A DNA stretch of 64,000 bases, taken from contig OZ246423.1 in NCBI GenBank assembly GCA_965231215.1, forward strand, positions 480,001 to 544,000, written 5' to 3'. Made by a program: the position numbers and the translations under genes. Position 1 is the first letter of the stretch. Each line of letters starts with the position of its first letter. Shown here one piece after another: positions 29,267-38,683 of this stretch. The notes beneath the pieces are model-generated. The model saw nothing but the letters and a program-made list of their open reading frames with translations. It did no database searches and was not told the origin of the DNA. The stretch comes from Candidatus Altimarinota bacterium (GTDB lineage Bacteria > Patescibacteriota > Gracilibacteria > UBA4473).

Positions 29267-30964
29267 TTAACCCGCTACACGATACACTTCATCCAGGGTA
29301 GTTTCTCCCAAAATCACCTTCCGAACTCCATCTTCAAAGAGGGTAATAAATTCTGGATGTTCTTCACGAGCTAGCTGAAAACATTCAATTTCAGTTTTGT
29401 TTTCGGAGATAGCGGTCCGCAAATTTTCCGTAAAATCAACCATTTCACAAATGACGGTCTGTCCAATATACCCCGTATGAGAACAATGCTCACATCCTCT
29501 TGAAACTGGCACTTCCAACACAAGTGCGTCATTGTTTTGGGTTTCTTTTACCGGATCTAACCCTTTTTGGGCAAGCGCCATTTGAACCTCTCTGTAACCT
29601 CCTTGCAGACGAGCAATAGCAGATTTAACTTCTGGATTATTATTCAGATCTAGCTTCATAGTTGTAGCACAATGCGGACAGACCCGCCGAAGAAGACGTT
29701 GAGCAATAATCGCATTAACTGAGGCCGCTACGTTGTAACTTTCTAACCCTAAATTTCGTAATCGAGTCACCGCCCCCAAGGCTGAATTGGTATGCAGCGA
29801 ACTCAAAACAATATGGCCAGTCAGCGACGCTTCTGATGAGAGATGCGCCGTATTAAACTCACGAATTTCACCAATCAGAATCACATCGGGGTCATGACGA
29901 AGCAAGGCTTTAAGCCCATTAGAAAAGTTATAGTCAGAATTTTCATTAACTTGAGACTGAGTCACGTTATCCAAATGATATTCAATCGGATCTTCAAGCG
30001 TCACGAGCTTTTTCTCCGAGTCATTCAGCGTTGAAAGCATTGAATAAAGCGTCGTTGTTTTCCCACTCCCCGTAGGTCCTGTAACTAAAATCATTCCATT
30101 TTTATGCCGAAGAGCCGATTCAATTCGCTCTTTAATCGTGCGATGAAAACCAAGCTCTTCAAAATTTTTAATCCCTTTTCGGCTATCAAGTACCCGCATC
30201 ACCACTGACTCAAAAAACTCAGTTGGAAGAGTGGAAACCCTCAAATCAACAGATCGATCATTAGCCACAAAAGACATGTGCCCATCTTGAGGGATGTTTG
30301 AAATATTGGATTTCATCCCTGATTCATACTTGATCCGAGATACCATTTTTTTGGCTTTTCCAAGGTCTAAGTCCGAAATATTATGCAAAATTCCATTAAT
30401 TCTAAACCGCAAAACCGCTCGATCTTCGTACGGTTGAATATGAATATCTGAAGCCTTTAGCTGAATCGCCACAATCTCAATTTCATTCAGCGCTTTTTCG
30501 GCTGGAAGGCTTTTGAGTTTTTCATCTAAGTGACCCAACTCTAAGAACTGCTGTTCAAAAGTTTGGTTCTCTCTTTCATCAAAGTCTTCCGTCTTTTCAA
30601 CCGTTTTTTTATTAATCAGATCAGACTCATAGAGTGGCAAAATAGCATTGAGGCTGGTCTGAGAACAAACTTCAATCTCAACCTCAAAGTCTTTTTCTTC
30701 AAACGCCTCAATAACTTTCACCAGATGAATCCCTTCTGGTTGGGTAGTCGCGAGTTTAACTTTGTACCCACTCCGAAAAAAAGGAACCGTTTGCGCTTTT
30801 TGCGCGGCTGATTCTGGAAGGAGTTTTAAAACCTCAGGATTAAGCGGATAATGTACCAAATCTATGTAGGATAACCCCAAATCTTTGGCTAGCTTTTGAG
30901 CTTCACGCTCTTCAAAAGCCTGATTAATCGCTTGCACTGGGGCTGTAGACGCATTATCTGCCAT
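29267..30964 (-). CDS. pilB: Type IV pilus assembly ATPase PilB/GspE
   Basis: ASDIHIQP, GPTGSGKTTTLY, TLEDPIEY, LRHDPDVILIGEIR, TGHIVLSSLHTN, CPHC/CEHC zinc motif. Confidence 0.93.
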   Translation of the reverse strand: MADNASTAPVQAINQAFEEREAQKLAKDLGLSYIDLVHYPLNPEVLKLLPESAAQKAQTVPFFRSGYKVKLATTQPEGIHLVKVIEAFEEKDFEVEIEVCSQTSLNAILPLYESDLINKKTVEKTEDFDERENQTFEQQFLELGHLDEKLKSLPAEKALNEIEIVAIQLKASDIHIQPYEDRAVLRFRINGILHNISDLDLGKAKKMVSRIKYESGMKSNISNIPQDGHMSFVANDRSVDLRVSTLPTEFFESVVMRVLDSRKGIKNFEELGFHRTIKERIESALRHKNGMILVTGPTGSGKTTTLYSMLSTLNDSEKKLVTLEDPIEYHLDNVTQSQVNENSDYNFSNGLKALLRHDPDVILIGEIREFNTAHLSSEASLTGHIVLSSLHTNSALGAVTRLRNLGLESYNVAASVNAIIAQRLLRRVCPHCATTMKLDLNNNPEVKSAIARLQGGYREVQMALAQKGLDPVKETQNNDALVLEVPVSRGCEHCSHTGYIGQTVICEMVDFTENLRTAISENKTEIECFQLAREEHPEFITLFEDGVRKVILGETTLDEVYRVAG

Positions 30965-31074
30965 CAGAAAATTATATCACAAAATGTACAAAAACTCAAA
31001 CTACAAAATACATCACAAAAAGTTTTATAAATGCGCAAAAAAAGTATTAGAATGGGGCAAACAAACAATAATAG

Positions 31075-31599
31075 ATGCATAAAATTGAAACTATAGAAAA
31101 AACTAAAAATCAGAGTTGGTTAGGACGAATTTTGTTGTTTTTCATCATTCTTACAGCTGTAGGAACTCTCTGGGTTACTTGGGAGTATTTCCAGGTTCAA
31201 AAAAATATGGCTAAGTTTGAAACCGCCATCCAAAATCAAAACGAAAACATCAACAAGCTCAAACAAAATGGACAGATTGGTGAAAAAACGAGAGCTAAAG
31301 AAATCCTCACCAAAGCCGAAAACTACAGAATTATCTGGTCTGATGTAGCCCAAAAACTCATCCAAGAACTAGAGGAAGAAGGCCTTATAGAATTTAATAA
31401 TGTTAATGCTGGGAGAAATCAGCAAATTGCCGTAAACGGAATGGCTAAAGACCTCCGATCTATTGCTAAAATCTTAGTAAAAACGAAAAATCACCCAAAT
31501 TTTGAAGACGTTTTTATTTCACAAATGTCTCAGATAGAAGACACTCCAAACGGGGCTTATACATTTTCTATGAGCCTGCAATATGTTGAACAAAAATAA
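31075..31599 (+). CDS. PilN-like pilus alignment protein
   Basis: Single TM helix, coiled coil, ferredoxin-like C-terminus; lies before pilO/pilC. Confidence 0.65.
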   Translation: MHKIETIEKTKNQSWLGRILLFFIILTAVGTLWVTWEYFQVQKNMAKFETAIQNQNENINKLKQNGQIGEKTRAKEILTKAENYRIIWSDVAQKLIQELEEEGLIEFNNVNAGRNQQIAVNGMAKDLRSIAKILVKTKNHPNFEDVFISQMSQIEDTPNGAYTFSMSLQYVEQK

Positions 31600-32118
31600 A
31601 TGATAAAATTGCTTACCTGGCTTTCAATTTTAGCCATCCCGGTCTACGGATTCTGGATCGTCCCCAAATATAACGAAGTAAAAACTCGGAAAGTACACCT
31701 GCAAAACTTAGCCGAAGAAAGTAGAAAAAAGACAGAAGAATTCAAAACCCTTAAAGCGCAAGAAAAAGCGCTTAAAAGTGAAGCCTTTGAAGCCATTTTA
31801 GCCCAGGTTCCCCCCACCATACAGCAGGAAAGACTTATTGTAGATCTTCAACGCATTGCTCAGGAATCCGGCTTTATTTTTAAGAGCCTCGGATTTGCCA
31901 AAGGACAAAATCCAGAGGTGGAATCAGCAGAGGTAAAAATTAATTTTTCTGTACGCGGAAGAAAAGACAATCTTCCAAAATTCTTAGCTAAAATTGAACA
32001 AAACCCAAGATTTCTGGGGATGGAAAATTTAGCCTATAGTATAGAAGATTTAGAGGGACTCAATGTGATAAACATGTCAGTATCAGTCTTCGCCTTCTCG
32101 CAAACAAGTCTCCCATAA
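31600..32118 (+). CDS. pilO: PilO-like pilus alignment protein
   Basis: TM helix, coiled coil, L..IAQESG, V.G....L.KFL.KIE..PR. Confidence 0.75.
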   Translation: MIKLLTWLSILAIPVYGFWIVPKYNEVKTRKVHLQNLAEESRKKTEEFKTLKAQEKALKSEAFEAILAQVPPTIQQERLIVDLQRIAQESGFIFKSLGFAKGQNPEVESAEVKINFSVRGRKDNLPKFLAKIEQNPRFLGMENLAYSIEDLEGLNVINMSVSVFAFSQTSLP

Positions 32119-33350
32119 TGAATCACCACTCGCCTTCACCCCATAATCATGCACATCACAAGCCCTCGGCCCCTAAAAAGGAAGCCCAGCTCGATTTTTG
32201 GACGTATGTAAAAAACCCAAAAATTAGACCGGTGATTTATGGCGTCACCAACAGGCAAAATGATCCTTGGTATGCAAAACTGAATGATTTGTTGCTTGAT
32301 CACCAATCATTAGCGCTCAAGGACAAATCTAGATTTTTTCATTCATTGAAATTACTTGTAAATTCAGGGGTTCAATTTATACGAGCACTAGAAATGCTCT
32401 CTGAGCGAACCAAGCATGTACGTTTCTCCCGTATTCTTAAAACCATTGCCTACGACATGGAACACAATGGGATGGCTTTTTCTGAAGCTATTCAGAAGTA
32501 CCCACCTATATTTTCGCAGTCAGAAGTAAAAATGATTTATTCTGGAGAACTCACTGGAAAAATTGATAAAACTCTAGAGTCAATTGCCACTCAATTGCAA
32601 AAAAATATTGAGCTAGAAATGAAGGTGCGCTCTGCCTTAATGTATCCGGCCACCGTCATGGTCGCTATTGTCTTAGCTGGAGCCGCCGTGATGCTCTTTA
32701 TCGTACCTAAACTTAGTGGTCTGTTTAATGAGTTTGGAGCCGAGCTTCCATTCGCTACGAAGCTTCTCGTAGGCATGTCTAACTTCATGGTTAGTTTTTG
32801 GTGGCTCCTGCTATTTATGGCAATGGCTACTTACTTTGGCTTTACCAACTGGCGTAGAAGCGAAGAAGGCAAGCGTAAGTGGGATAGGCTTATGGTTACC
32901 CTCCCTATTGTTTCGCCTATCGTGAATCACATCCAAACCGTTCGGATTAGTAGTAACTTTGCAACACTGATGGAGTCTGGAATTCCGCTTAACAAAGCCC
33001 TTAGAGTGTTAGCTGAAATTGTTCCTAATTCGGTGATATCAGACGCTCTCTTCAATATTGAAGTTGAAGTACGAAAAGGGAGTCCGCTACATGAGTCTTT
33101 TCTTCGTCAAGAAGTCCTTGATCCAGTCATAGGAGAGATGGTAGAAGTAGGAGAAAAAACTGGACAAATAGCGCCTGTACTAAAAAAACTCGGCGAACAA
33201 TATGACCTAGAAGTTGAAGCGCAACTCAAAAATCTTTCTACCGTGATTGAACCCCTCATTATTTTGGTAGTAGGGTTGGCCGTTGTCTTTATGATGTTTG
33301 CAGTACTGACGCCGATATTCCAGATGCAACAGCTATTTTCTACCACCTAA
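32118..33350 (+). CDS. pilC: Type II secretion F / PilC platform protein
   Basis: SG.....AL, GELTG, VRSALMYP, ELPFAT, GEKTG, IEPLII. Confidence 0.92.
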   Translation: MNHHSPSPHNHAHHKPSAPKKEAQLDFWTYVKNPKIRPVIYGVTNRQNDPWYAKLNDLLLDHQSLALKDKSRFFHSLKLLVNSGVQFIRALEMLSERTKHVRFSRILKTIAYDMEHNGMAFSEAIQKYPPIFSQSEVKMIYSGELTGKIDKTLESIATQLQKNIELEMKVRSALMYPATVMVAIVLAGAAVMLFIVPKLSGLFNEFGAELPFATKLLVGMSNFMVSFWWLLLFMAMATYFGFTNWRRSEEGKRKWDRLMVTLPIVSPIVNHIQTVRISSNFATLMESGIPLNKALRVLAEIVPNSVISDALFNIEVEVRKGSPLHESFLRQEVLDPVIGEMVEVGEKTGQIAPVLKKLGEQYDLEVEAQLKNLSTVIEPLIILVVGLAVVFMMFAVLTPIFQMQQLFSTT

Positions 33351-33358
33351 AGTAAAGG

Positions 33359-33844
33359 ATGAAAAGACGTTATAAAAAAACCGGATTCTCTTTGGTGGAG
33401 TTACTCGTAACCGTTACCATCATTGGTCTTATTACAGCTATTGCTGCTCCTAGTTATCTTGAATACTACCGAAAAACAAACCTCGATAATGCGACAAAAC
33501 TGCTACAAGCCAGCCTCAATGAAGGCTTTTCTAAAAGTCGATCCCAAGCCCATCACTACGAAGTCTCTGGCGAAAAAGATCAGCCCTTTTTTGTAATTAA
33601 AAAATGCGAGGATAAAACCTGTAGTTCTACTACAGCGCTCTATTCTTTAGCTCAAACGACTTTCCCAGGAGATGTACAGATAATTTCTGAGGCCTTTCGT
33701 ATTCGATTTTTAGCGCCTCATGGAGACCTCGAATTTCCAGATGATGCGAGCCTTGAACATCTCACTATAACACTCAAGACCCATCACTATGATTCTCGAA
33801 CCAAAATATACAAAAATTCAGGTCTTATTGAACGCCTTCCCTAA
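33359..33844 (+). CDS. Type IV minor prepilin (FimT/GspH-like)
   Basis: GFSLVELLVTVTIIGLITAIAAP N-methylation motif. Confidence 0.85.
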   Translation: MKRRYKKTGFSLVELLVTVTIIGLITAIAAPSYLEYYRKTNLDNATKLLQASLNEGFSKSRSQAHHYEVSGEKDQPFFVIKKCEDKTCSSTTALYSLAQTTFPGDVQIISEAFRIRFLAPHGDLEFPDDASLEHLTITLKTHHYDSRTKIYKNSGLIERLP

Positions 33845-34569
33845 TGTTTCTAAAAATTTTAAGCTCCAAGAACTTACAAAACTCAAACCAAAAAAGTTTG
33901 GGAACGAGTACTTATAATTTGATAGTTTCAAAAACAAGAAATTTGAAGAAATATAAAAATAACACAGATAAGTGTATGAATTCTATACACGATCGAAGCT
34001 CTTTTTTTACTAACAATAAAGTGCGCCGTTTTTCAAATCATCAAAAAGGATTTACGCTTATTGAAACTATCGTTGTGATGGTCATCCTGGCCGTCGCTAT
34101 GTCGGGGGCTCTATACATTTTGAGTACTATTCTTTTTGCCACGGAAAAAAACCAATACCGACTCACCGCTGTATACCTAGCTCAAGAATGCGCTGAGCTT
34201 GGACGAAACGTGAGGGATACTGCGTGGAAAAAGAAACTTCCCTGGGATTGTGCCTTTAATGGCCTTGGGCTCAATACCCCTATGACCATTGCGCCTGATC
34301 ACAATCATTCAGCACCTCCAGTATGTGGACATAATTTTGGGATACACTTTCAACAAAGTCTCAGTCTAGACGACCAAAAACTCTACCAACAGGGAAGTCT
34401 TATTAACCACAACCACAGTGGAGACGCATTAAAATTTAGACGATTCTTGGAAGTTACCGCCCAAACCAACGATCAAATACAATTTGACTGCGAGGTAAAT
34501 TGGGAATTTCGCGGAAATCTGGAAAAAACCAGCATTAGCTCTGTACTCACTAACTGGCGCAAAGAATGA
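33844..34569 (+). CDS. Type IV minor prepilin (PilV-like) with abnormally long leader
   Basis: KGFTLIETIVVMVIL motif only after about 68 aa; LAQECAELGRNVRD; the true start may be internal (33976 or 34021). Confidence 0.8.
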   Translation: MFLKILSSKNLQNSNQKSLGTSTYNLIVSKTRNLKKYKNNTDKCMNSIHDRSSFFTNNKVRRFSNHQKGFTLIETIVVMVILAVAMSGALYILSTILFATEKNQYRLTAVYLAQECAELGRNVRDTAWKKKLPWDCAFNGLGLNTPMTIAPDHNHSAPPVCGHNFGIHFQQSLSLDDQKLYQQGSLINHNHSGDALKFRRFLEVTAQTNDQIQFDCEVNWEFRGNLEKTSISSVLTNWRKE

Positions 34570-35090
34570 AACACAAGCACACCGGTTTCAGCCTCGTAGA
34601 GCTATTGGTAGCGATGGTTATCACCGGTATTATGTTTACCTCTGTAACCGCTAGCTATTGGCTTTTTCTCCAAAGCCACCTAAAAGCCGAAAACACACGA
34701 CTCTTACAACAGGAAGTTCGTTTTGCCATGACTCGTATCACTGACAAAGTCAGAGCCTACAACCTCCACTACACTGAATATCAAACGGGGGGGAATTGCG
34801 GCCCTAATCTTAACCAGAACGAAGTACTCTGCTTGCAGGGATATCATTTCAAAAAACAGGGAGATAATGTCCTTATGAATGATCAACCCCTGTTTTCAGA
34901 TAATCGCGTCATGGTGGATTCTGTGTTCTTTGATTTTTCACCTGCCCAAGATCCACTAAAAAATCTTGCTAATCCAGATCTACAAATACAACCAAAGGTA
35001 ACCATTTACCTACGAGTGAAATCGAAGTTTTACCAAGAAGTTCAATTCCAAGCCCAGACCACTATTTCTAGCCGCCAATATCGAAACTAA
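34566..35090 (+). CDS. Type IV minor prepilin (PilW-like)
   Basis: GFSLVELLVAM motif; C-terminal QTTISSR. Confidence 0.85.
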   Translation: MKHKHTGFSLVELLVAMVITGIMFTSVTASYWLFLQSHLKAENTRLLQQEVRFAMTRITDKVRAYNLHYTEYQTGGNCGPNLNQNEVLCLQGYHFKKQGDNVLMNDQPLFSDNRVMVDSVFFDFSPAQDPLKNLANPDLQIQPKVTIYLRVKSKFYQEVQFQAQTTISSRQYRN

Positions 35091-35920
35091 TGGAAAAAAA
35101 ATTAGCTAAAAACGCCTCCAAAAAACAGCGCGGTTCAGCCCTGTTGTTAGCGGTATTGCTTTCTGGGCTCATGCTTACAATTGGACTGAGTGCTACCCAA
35201 ATGCTACTCAAAGAGATAACCGCTTCAGCGGATCTAATGATGTCTGAAAAAGCCTATTTCAGTGCTGAAGCTGGAGTGGAAAAGTCACTTCTCTGGCTCC
35301 GTAATAATCCTATAGAACATCTAGAAGATCATACCGAAAACATTGGACCAGAAGCAGAAGTAAACATCAATATTATTAACCGCATAAATGCCGTTCCAGG
35401 AGATGCTATCCCTAATGCATTTACCTTCACCCTAAATCCATTACAGAATCAAAAATTTAGGCTTCAAGTTGATCAAGATGAAAATCTCGGTGTAAATGTA
35501 CAACCCATCAACAATCTAAAGCTGGATATCACTCCTGAAAGTGGCAGCCCCAAATTTAACTGGAAGATTTTGTGTAAAGATTCAGCAGGAAAAACCCTCG
35601 CCCTTCAAAAAACCGAAACCTCTAACCCGGCAGGAAATAACTTCCTCAATAAAATTGGAAACTTAGATGATGGGGGAACGACCAACTTTAATGGATGGTC
35701 AGGTATAGACAAAACTACTTGTTTTTTCTCTATTCAAAACCTAGCTACAGCTTCAGCCGAATTTAGATTTTATGAATCTCCAACCGCTCCTCACAAAGCC
35801 ACGGTAACCACTATTGGCAAAAGCGGAAACCGACAAAAAATTACGGCCTTTGACTACGCTCAAAAAAACCTCGGGTCACTCTTTGACTTTGGCATCCTTC
35901 ACACGGAACAGGGGTTATAG
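35090..35920 (+). CDS. PilX-like minor pilin
   Basis: QRGSALLLAVLL (no E5), KAYFSAEAGVE. Confidence 0.8.
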   Translation: MEKKLAKNASKKQRGSALLLAVLLSGLMLTIGLSATQMLLKEITASADLMMSEKAYFSAEAGVEKSLLWLRNNPIEHLEDHTENIGPEAEVNINIINRINAVPGDAIPNAFTFTLNPLQNQKFRLQVDQDENLGVNVQPINNLKLDITPESGSPKFNWKILCKDSAGKTLALQKTETSNPAGNNFLNKIGNLDDGGTTNFNGWSGIDKTTCFFSIQNLATASAEFRFYESPTAPHKATVTTIGKSGNRQKITAFDYAQKNLGSLFDFGILHTEQGL

Positions 35921-36976
35921 CAATTTATCCTGTTCAAAATTATCCTTCCCTTCTAATTGGGAAACCTTATCAATTTGGTTTTGTAGTTTTTGATTTTCTG
36001 ATTGAACATCCAACATTTTGGTATTGGCATTCCCCAAATGCTTGGCCAAAACTCCCAGTCCTTCATCTAGCCGTTCAGCTTGCGATTTAACAGCTGTAAG
36101 TTCAGCCAAAGCTCTCTGAGCTTCTTTAGCAAATTCTTGGCTTCTATAAGCATGCAAAATCACTTGTAAGACATGCACTATCGTATTAGGCCCAGTAAGT
36201 AATATTTTCTTTTCCCGGGCATGCTCGTAAATATCGCGCGATCTCACCGCCGCTTCGTAGTAAATATTCTCATTAGGCAGAAACAGTATCGCAAAATCTA
36301 AAGTTTCAGACTCCGGACGAATATATTTAGACACATCATTAATGTGTTTCTTCATGTCTGACAAAAATTGTTTTTGCGCTACTTCACGTTGTTCATCGGT
36401 TTCCGATTCTACAATCGCTTCAAAAGCGGGTAATGGAAACTTAGCATCTATAGGGATAAGTCCATTACTGGTTCGGATGATACAATCTACCACCATCCCG
36501 GTTCCTAGACTGTACTGACGTTCCCAGAGAGAAGCTGGAAGCACATTTTTTAAGATTTCTTCTAGGCTTTCTTCCCCCATATTCCCTCGTCCTTTTGGCG
36601 CTCGCAGAACTTTATCTAAGCTTTCAATTTTAGACCCGATCTCTCCCATCTTTCCTAACTCTTTCTGAAGGTGACCGATAACGCTCGAAGATTTATCTAA
36701 ACGTTCATTGAGTTGCTTAGATGATTCTGACAGCTTGGTATCTACGGTACGATTTACGCGATGAAATTCTTCTCGAAGCGATTTTGAGTTTTCTCGAAGC
36801 TCATTCCGCAGACTCTCCTGTTCTCTGTACCGATCCTCTCTATCACGGTGAAAGGTGTCCAGCATTTCTCGCATCTCTTGGTTATCTTCTGACCCTTGGT
36901 TTTGTTTCCATAACAAAAAACCAATAATCACAAAACTAAACACCATTACCGCTCCCATAAAAATTTCTACGTCCAT
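35915..36976 (-). CDS. rmuC: DNA recombination protein RmuC
   Basis: N-terminal TM helix and coiled coil; RGNMGE, IPIDAKFP, KYI....TLDFAILFLPNE. Confidence 0.92.
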   Translation of the reverse strand: MDVEIFMGAVMVFSFVIIGFLLWKQNQGSEDNQEMREMLDTFHRDREDRYREQESLRNELRENSKSLREEFHRVNRTVDTKLSESSKQLNERLDKSSSVIGHLQKELGKMGEIGSKIESLDKVLRAPKGRGNMGEESLEEILKNVLPASLWERQYSLGTGMVVDCIIRTSNGLIPIDAKFPLPAFEAIVESETDEQREVAQKQFLSDMKKHINDVSKYIRPESETLDFAILFLPNENIYYEAAVRSRDIYEHAREKKILLTGPNTIVHVLQVILHAYRSQEFAKEAQRALAELTAVKSQAERLDEGLGVLAKHLGNANTKMLDVQSENQKLQNQIDKVSQLEGKDNFEQDKLL

Positions 36977-37020
36977 AGTATGGAGATTTTAGATTAAAAA
37001 TTGGGAATTGAAAATACTTA

Positions 37021-37353
37021 TTAACTCCTCGGTAAAGGCGAAGCTTCAGAAACAAACATAATAATGGTACCCAAAAAAACTAATCCCAGAACAATCATTA
37101 CAAACCAACCGAAAATATTACAAGTATCGAGCAAAAACTCTCCAGCAAGCTCCCACCAATAATCCTGAAAAATTTCTTCATCTAAATCATCTATTGGTGC
37201 ACGCAATCTAATCTTTAAGGCCATAATATCAATGATAGCCCAAATCCATATCAGATTTAACACTATGAGAAAAAAGACCCCTGAGAATTTCAGTTTCTTA
37301 GCAAAAACCAACAAGGTTATCTCTGTAGCTTTCCAACAATTTTTAAGATACAT
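37021..37353 (-). CDS. Hypothetical small membrane protein
   Basis: Hydrophobic C-terminal helix; start may be internal. Confidence 0.4.
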   Translation of the reverse strand: MYLKNCWKATEITLLVFAKKLKFSGVFFLIVLNLIWIWAIIDIMALKIRLRAPIDDLDEEIFQDYWWELAGEFLLDTCNIFGWFVMIVLGLVFLGTIIMFVSEASPLPRS

Positions 37354-37411
37354 AAGATACTATTCTAATTTTTTAAAAACTATAGAATTTTTAACCCATT
37401 GTAAATAGTAG

Positions 37412-37437
37412 AAAAAATCCGCCTTTCGGCGGATTTT
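37412..37437 (-). terminator. Rho-independent terminator of the ribosomal protein operon
   Basis: Minus strand aaaatccgcc-GAAA-ggcggatttttt downstream of rpsI. Confidence 0.85.
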
Positions 37438-37476
37438 GGTAATTGAACATTGATAGTTGAAACTTTGATACCCGTA

Positions 37477-37875
37477 TTAACGTTTCGCCCATTGCGGTGA
37501 ACGTCGAGCTTTTTTCAACCCTGGTTTTTTACGTTCTTTAGTTCGAGAATCTCGTGTAAGGAACCCTTCTCCTTTAAGTTGTTCTCGGTAACTTGGGTCT
37601 TTTTTTACAAGCGCCCGAGCGATTCCAAGTCGGATAGCGTCAGCTTGAGCTTGTTTTCCTCCTCCTCGAGTAATGATTTCAAGATCTAGATCTTTTTTTA
37701 TTCCAAGGAGTTCAAGTGGTTGTTGAATAGTATGTACCATTTCTTCATTATCTGCCCATTCTCGGAGTTTTTTTCCGTTAATACTGAGTTCACCAGATCC
37801 TTCTGGGTAAAGTCTTACAGTAGATACTGCGTTCTTTCTTTTTCCGTTTGCGTAAAAATAAGCGCTTTTAGCCAT
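37477..37875 (-). CDS. rpsI: 30S ribosomal protein S9
   Basis: GKRKNAVS.V, GGG...QA.AIRLGIARAL, LTRDSR.KERKKPGL..ARRSPQWAKR. Confidence 0.98.
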   Translation of the reverse strand: MAKSAYFYANGKRKNAVSTVRLYPEGSGELSINGKKLREWADNEEMVHTIQQPLELLGIKKDLDLEIITRGGGKQAQADAIRLGIARALVKKDPSYREQLKGEGFLTRDSRTKERKKPGLKKARRSPQWAKR

Positions 37876-37883
37876 AATAATTC

Positions 37884-38321
37884 TTATAGATTAGGGAGAG
37901 GTTCTGGGTTTTGAGCCGCGTGAGGATTTTCTGATCCCACAACCAAATGCAAACGACGCATTTGAGGCTTTCTAAGTTTAGTCTTTGGAAGCATTCCAGA
38001 AACCGCTTCTTCCAGCATTCGTTTAGGGGATTTTTCTCTAACTTCTTTAAGTGAAGCTACTTTTAATTTCCCAAGAAATCCTGAATGTCGGTAATATTTT
38101 TTAGATTCTTCTTTGTTGCGACTAACCACTACTTTTTCTGCATTAAGCACAATCACATGATCCCCTCCGTCGCTGTGTGGTGTGAAATCTACACGATTTT
38201 TCCCTCGAAGCACATTAGCGATAGTTACCGCTAGGCTGCCTAAAGTTTTACCTTCAGCATCTACTACAAACCATTTTCGGTCTGCGTTTTTAACGTTCTG
38301 TCTAAGCGTTGTCTTTTGCAT
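37884..38321 (-). CDS. rplM: 50S ribosomal protein L13
   Basis: RKWFVVDAEG..LG.LA, FTPH.D.GD.VIV.NA, GMLPK. Confidence 0.98.
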   Translation of the reverse strand: MQKTTLRQNVKNADRKWFVVDAEGKTLGSLAVTIANVLRGKNRVDFTPHSDGGDHVIVLNAEKVVVSRNKEESKKYYRHSGFLGKLKVASLKEVREKSPKRMLEEAVSGMLPKTKLRKPQMRRLHLVVGSENPHAAQNPEPLPNL

Positions 38322-38324
38322 TAT

Positions 38325-38681
38325 TTAGTCTTGAATAAGTTCTACTAGTACCATATTTGAAGCATCCCCAGCTCGCACACGAGTTTTGGTCTGACGAGTG
38401 AAACCGGAAGTCTTTTTGGTTCCTTCAGCATAGGCGAGAGCTTTTTTTGAAGCGCTTTCTGTGAAGATTACTTGTTTGAGATCACGAATAGCGTTGTACT
38501 TGTGTTCTCTCGATTTAATCTTGGTAATAAGCTTCTCAGATTCACTCGCTAGAGCTTTAGCTCGGCTATCGGTGGTTTCTACTTTTCCGTTTTCAAACAG
38601 AGAAGTAAGAAGGTTTCGGACCATTGCTTTTCGTTGATCAGCTGGTCGATTCAAAATCGCTTTGTTATTTCGGTGTCTCAT
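38325..38681 (-). CDS. rplQ: 50S ribosomal protein L17
   Basis: MRHR....LNR...RKAM.RNL..SL, TT..RAK, GFTR, RAGDA. Confidence 0.97.
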   Translation of the reverse strand: MRHRNNKAILNRPADQRKAMVRNLLTSLFENGKVETTDSRAKALASESEKLITKIKSREHKYNAIRDLKQVIFTESASKKALAYAEGTKKTSGFTRQTKTRVRAGDASNMVLVELIQD

Positions 38682-38683
38682 GA

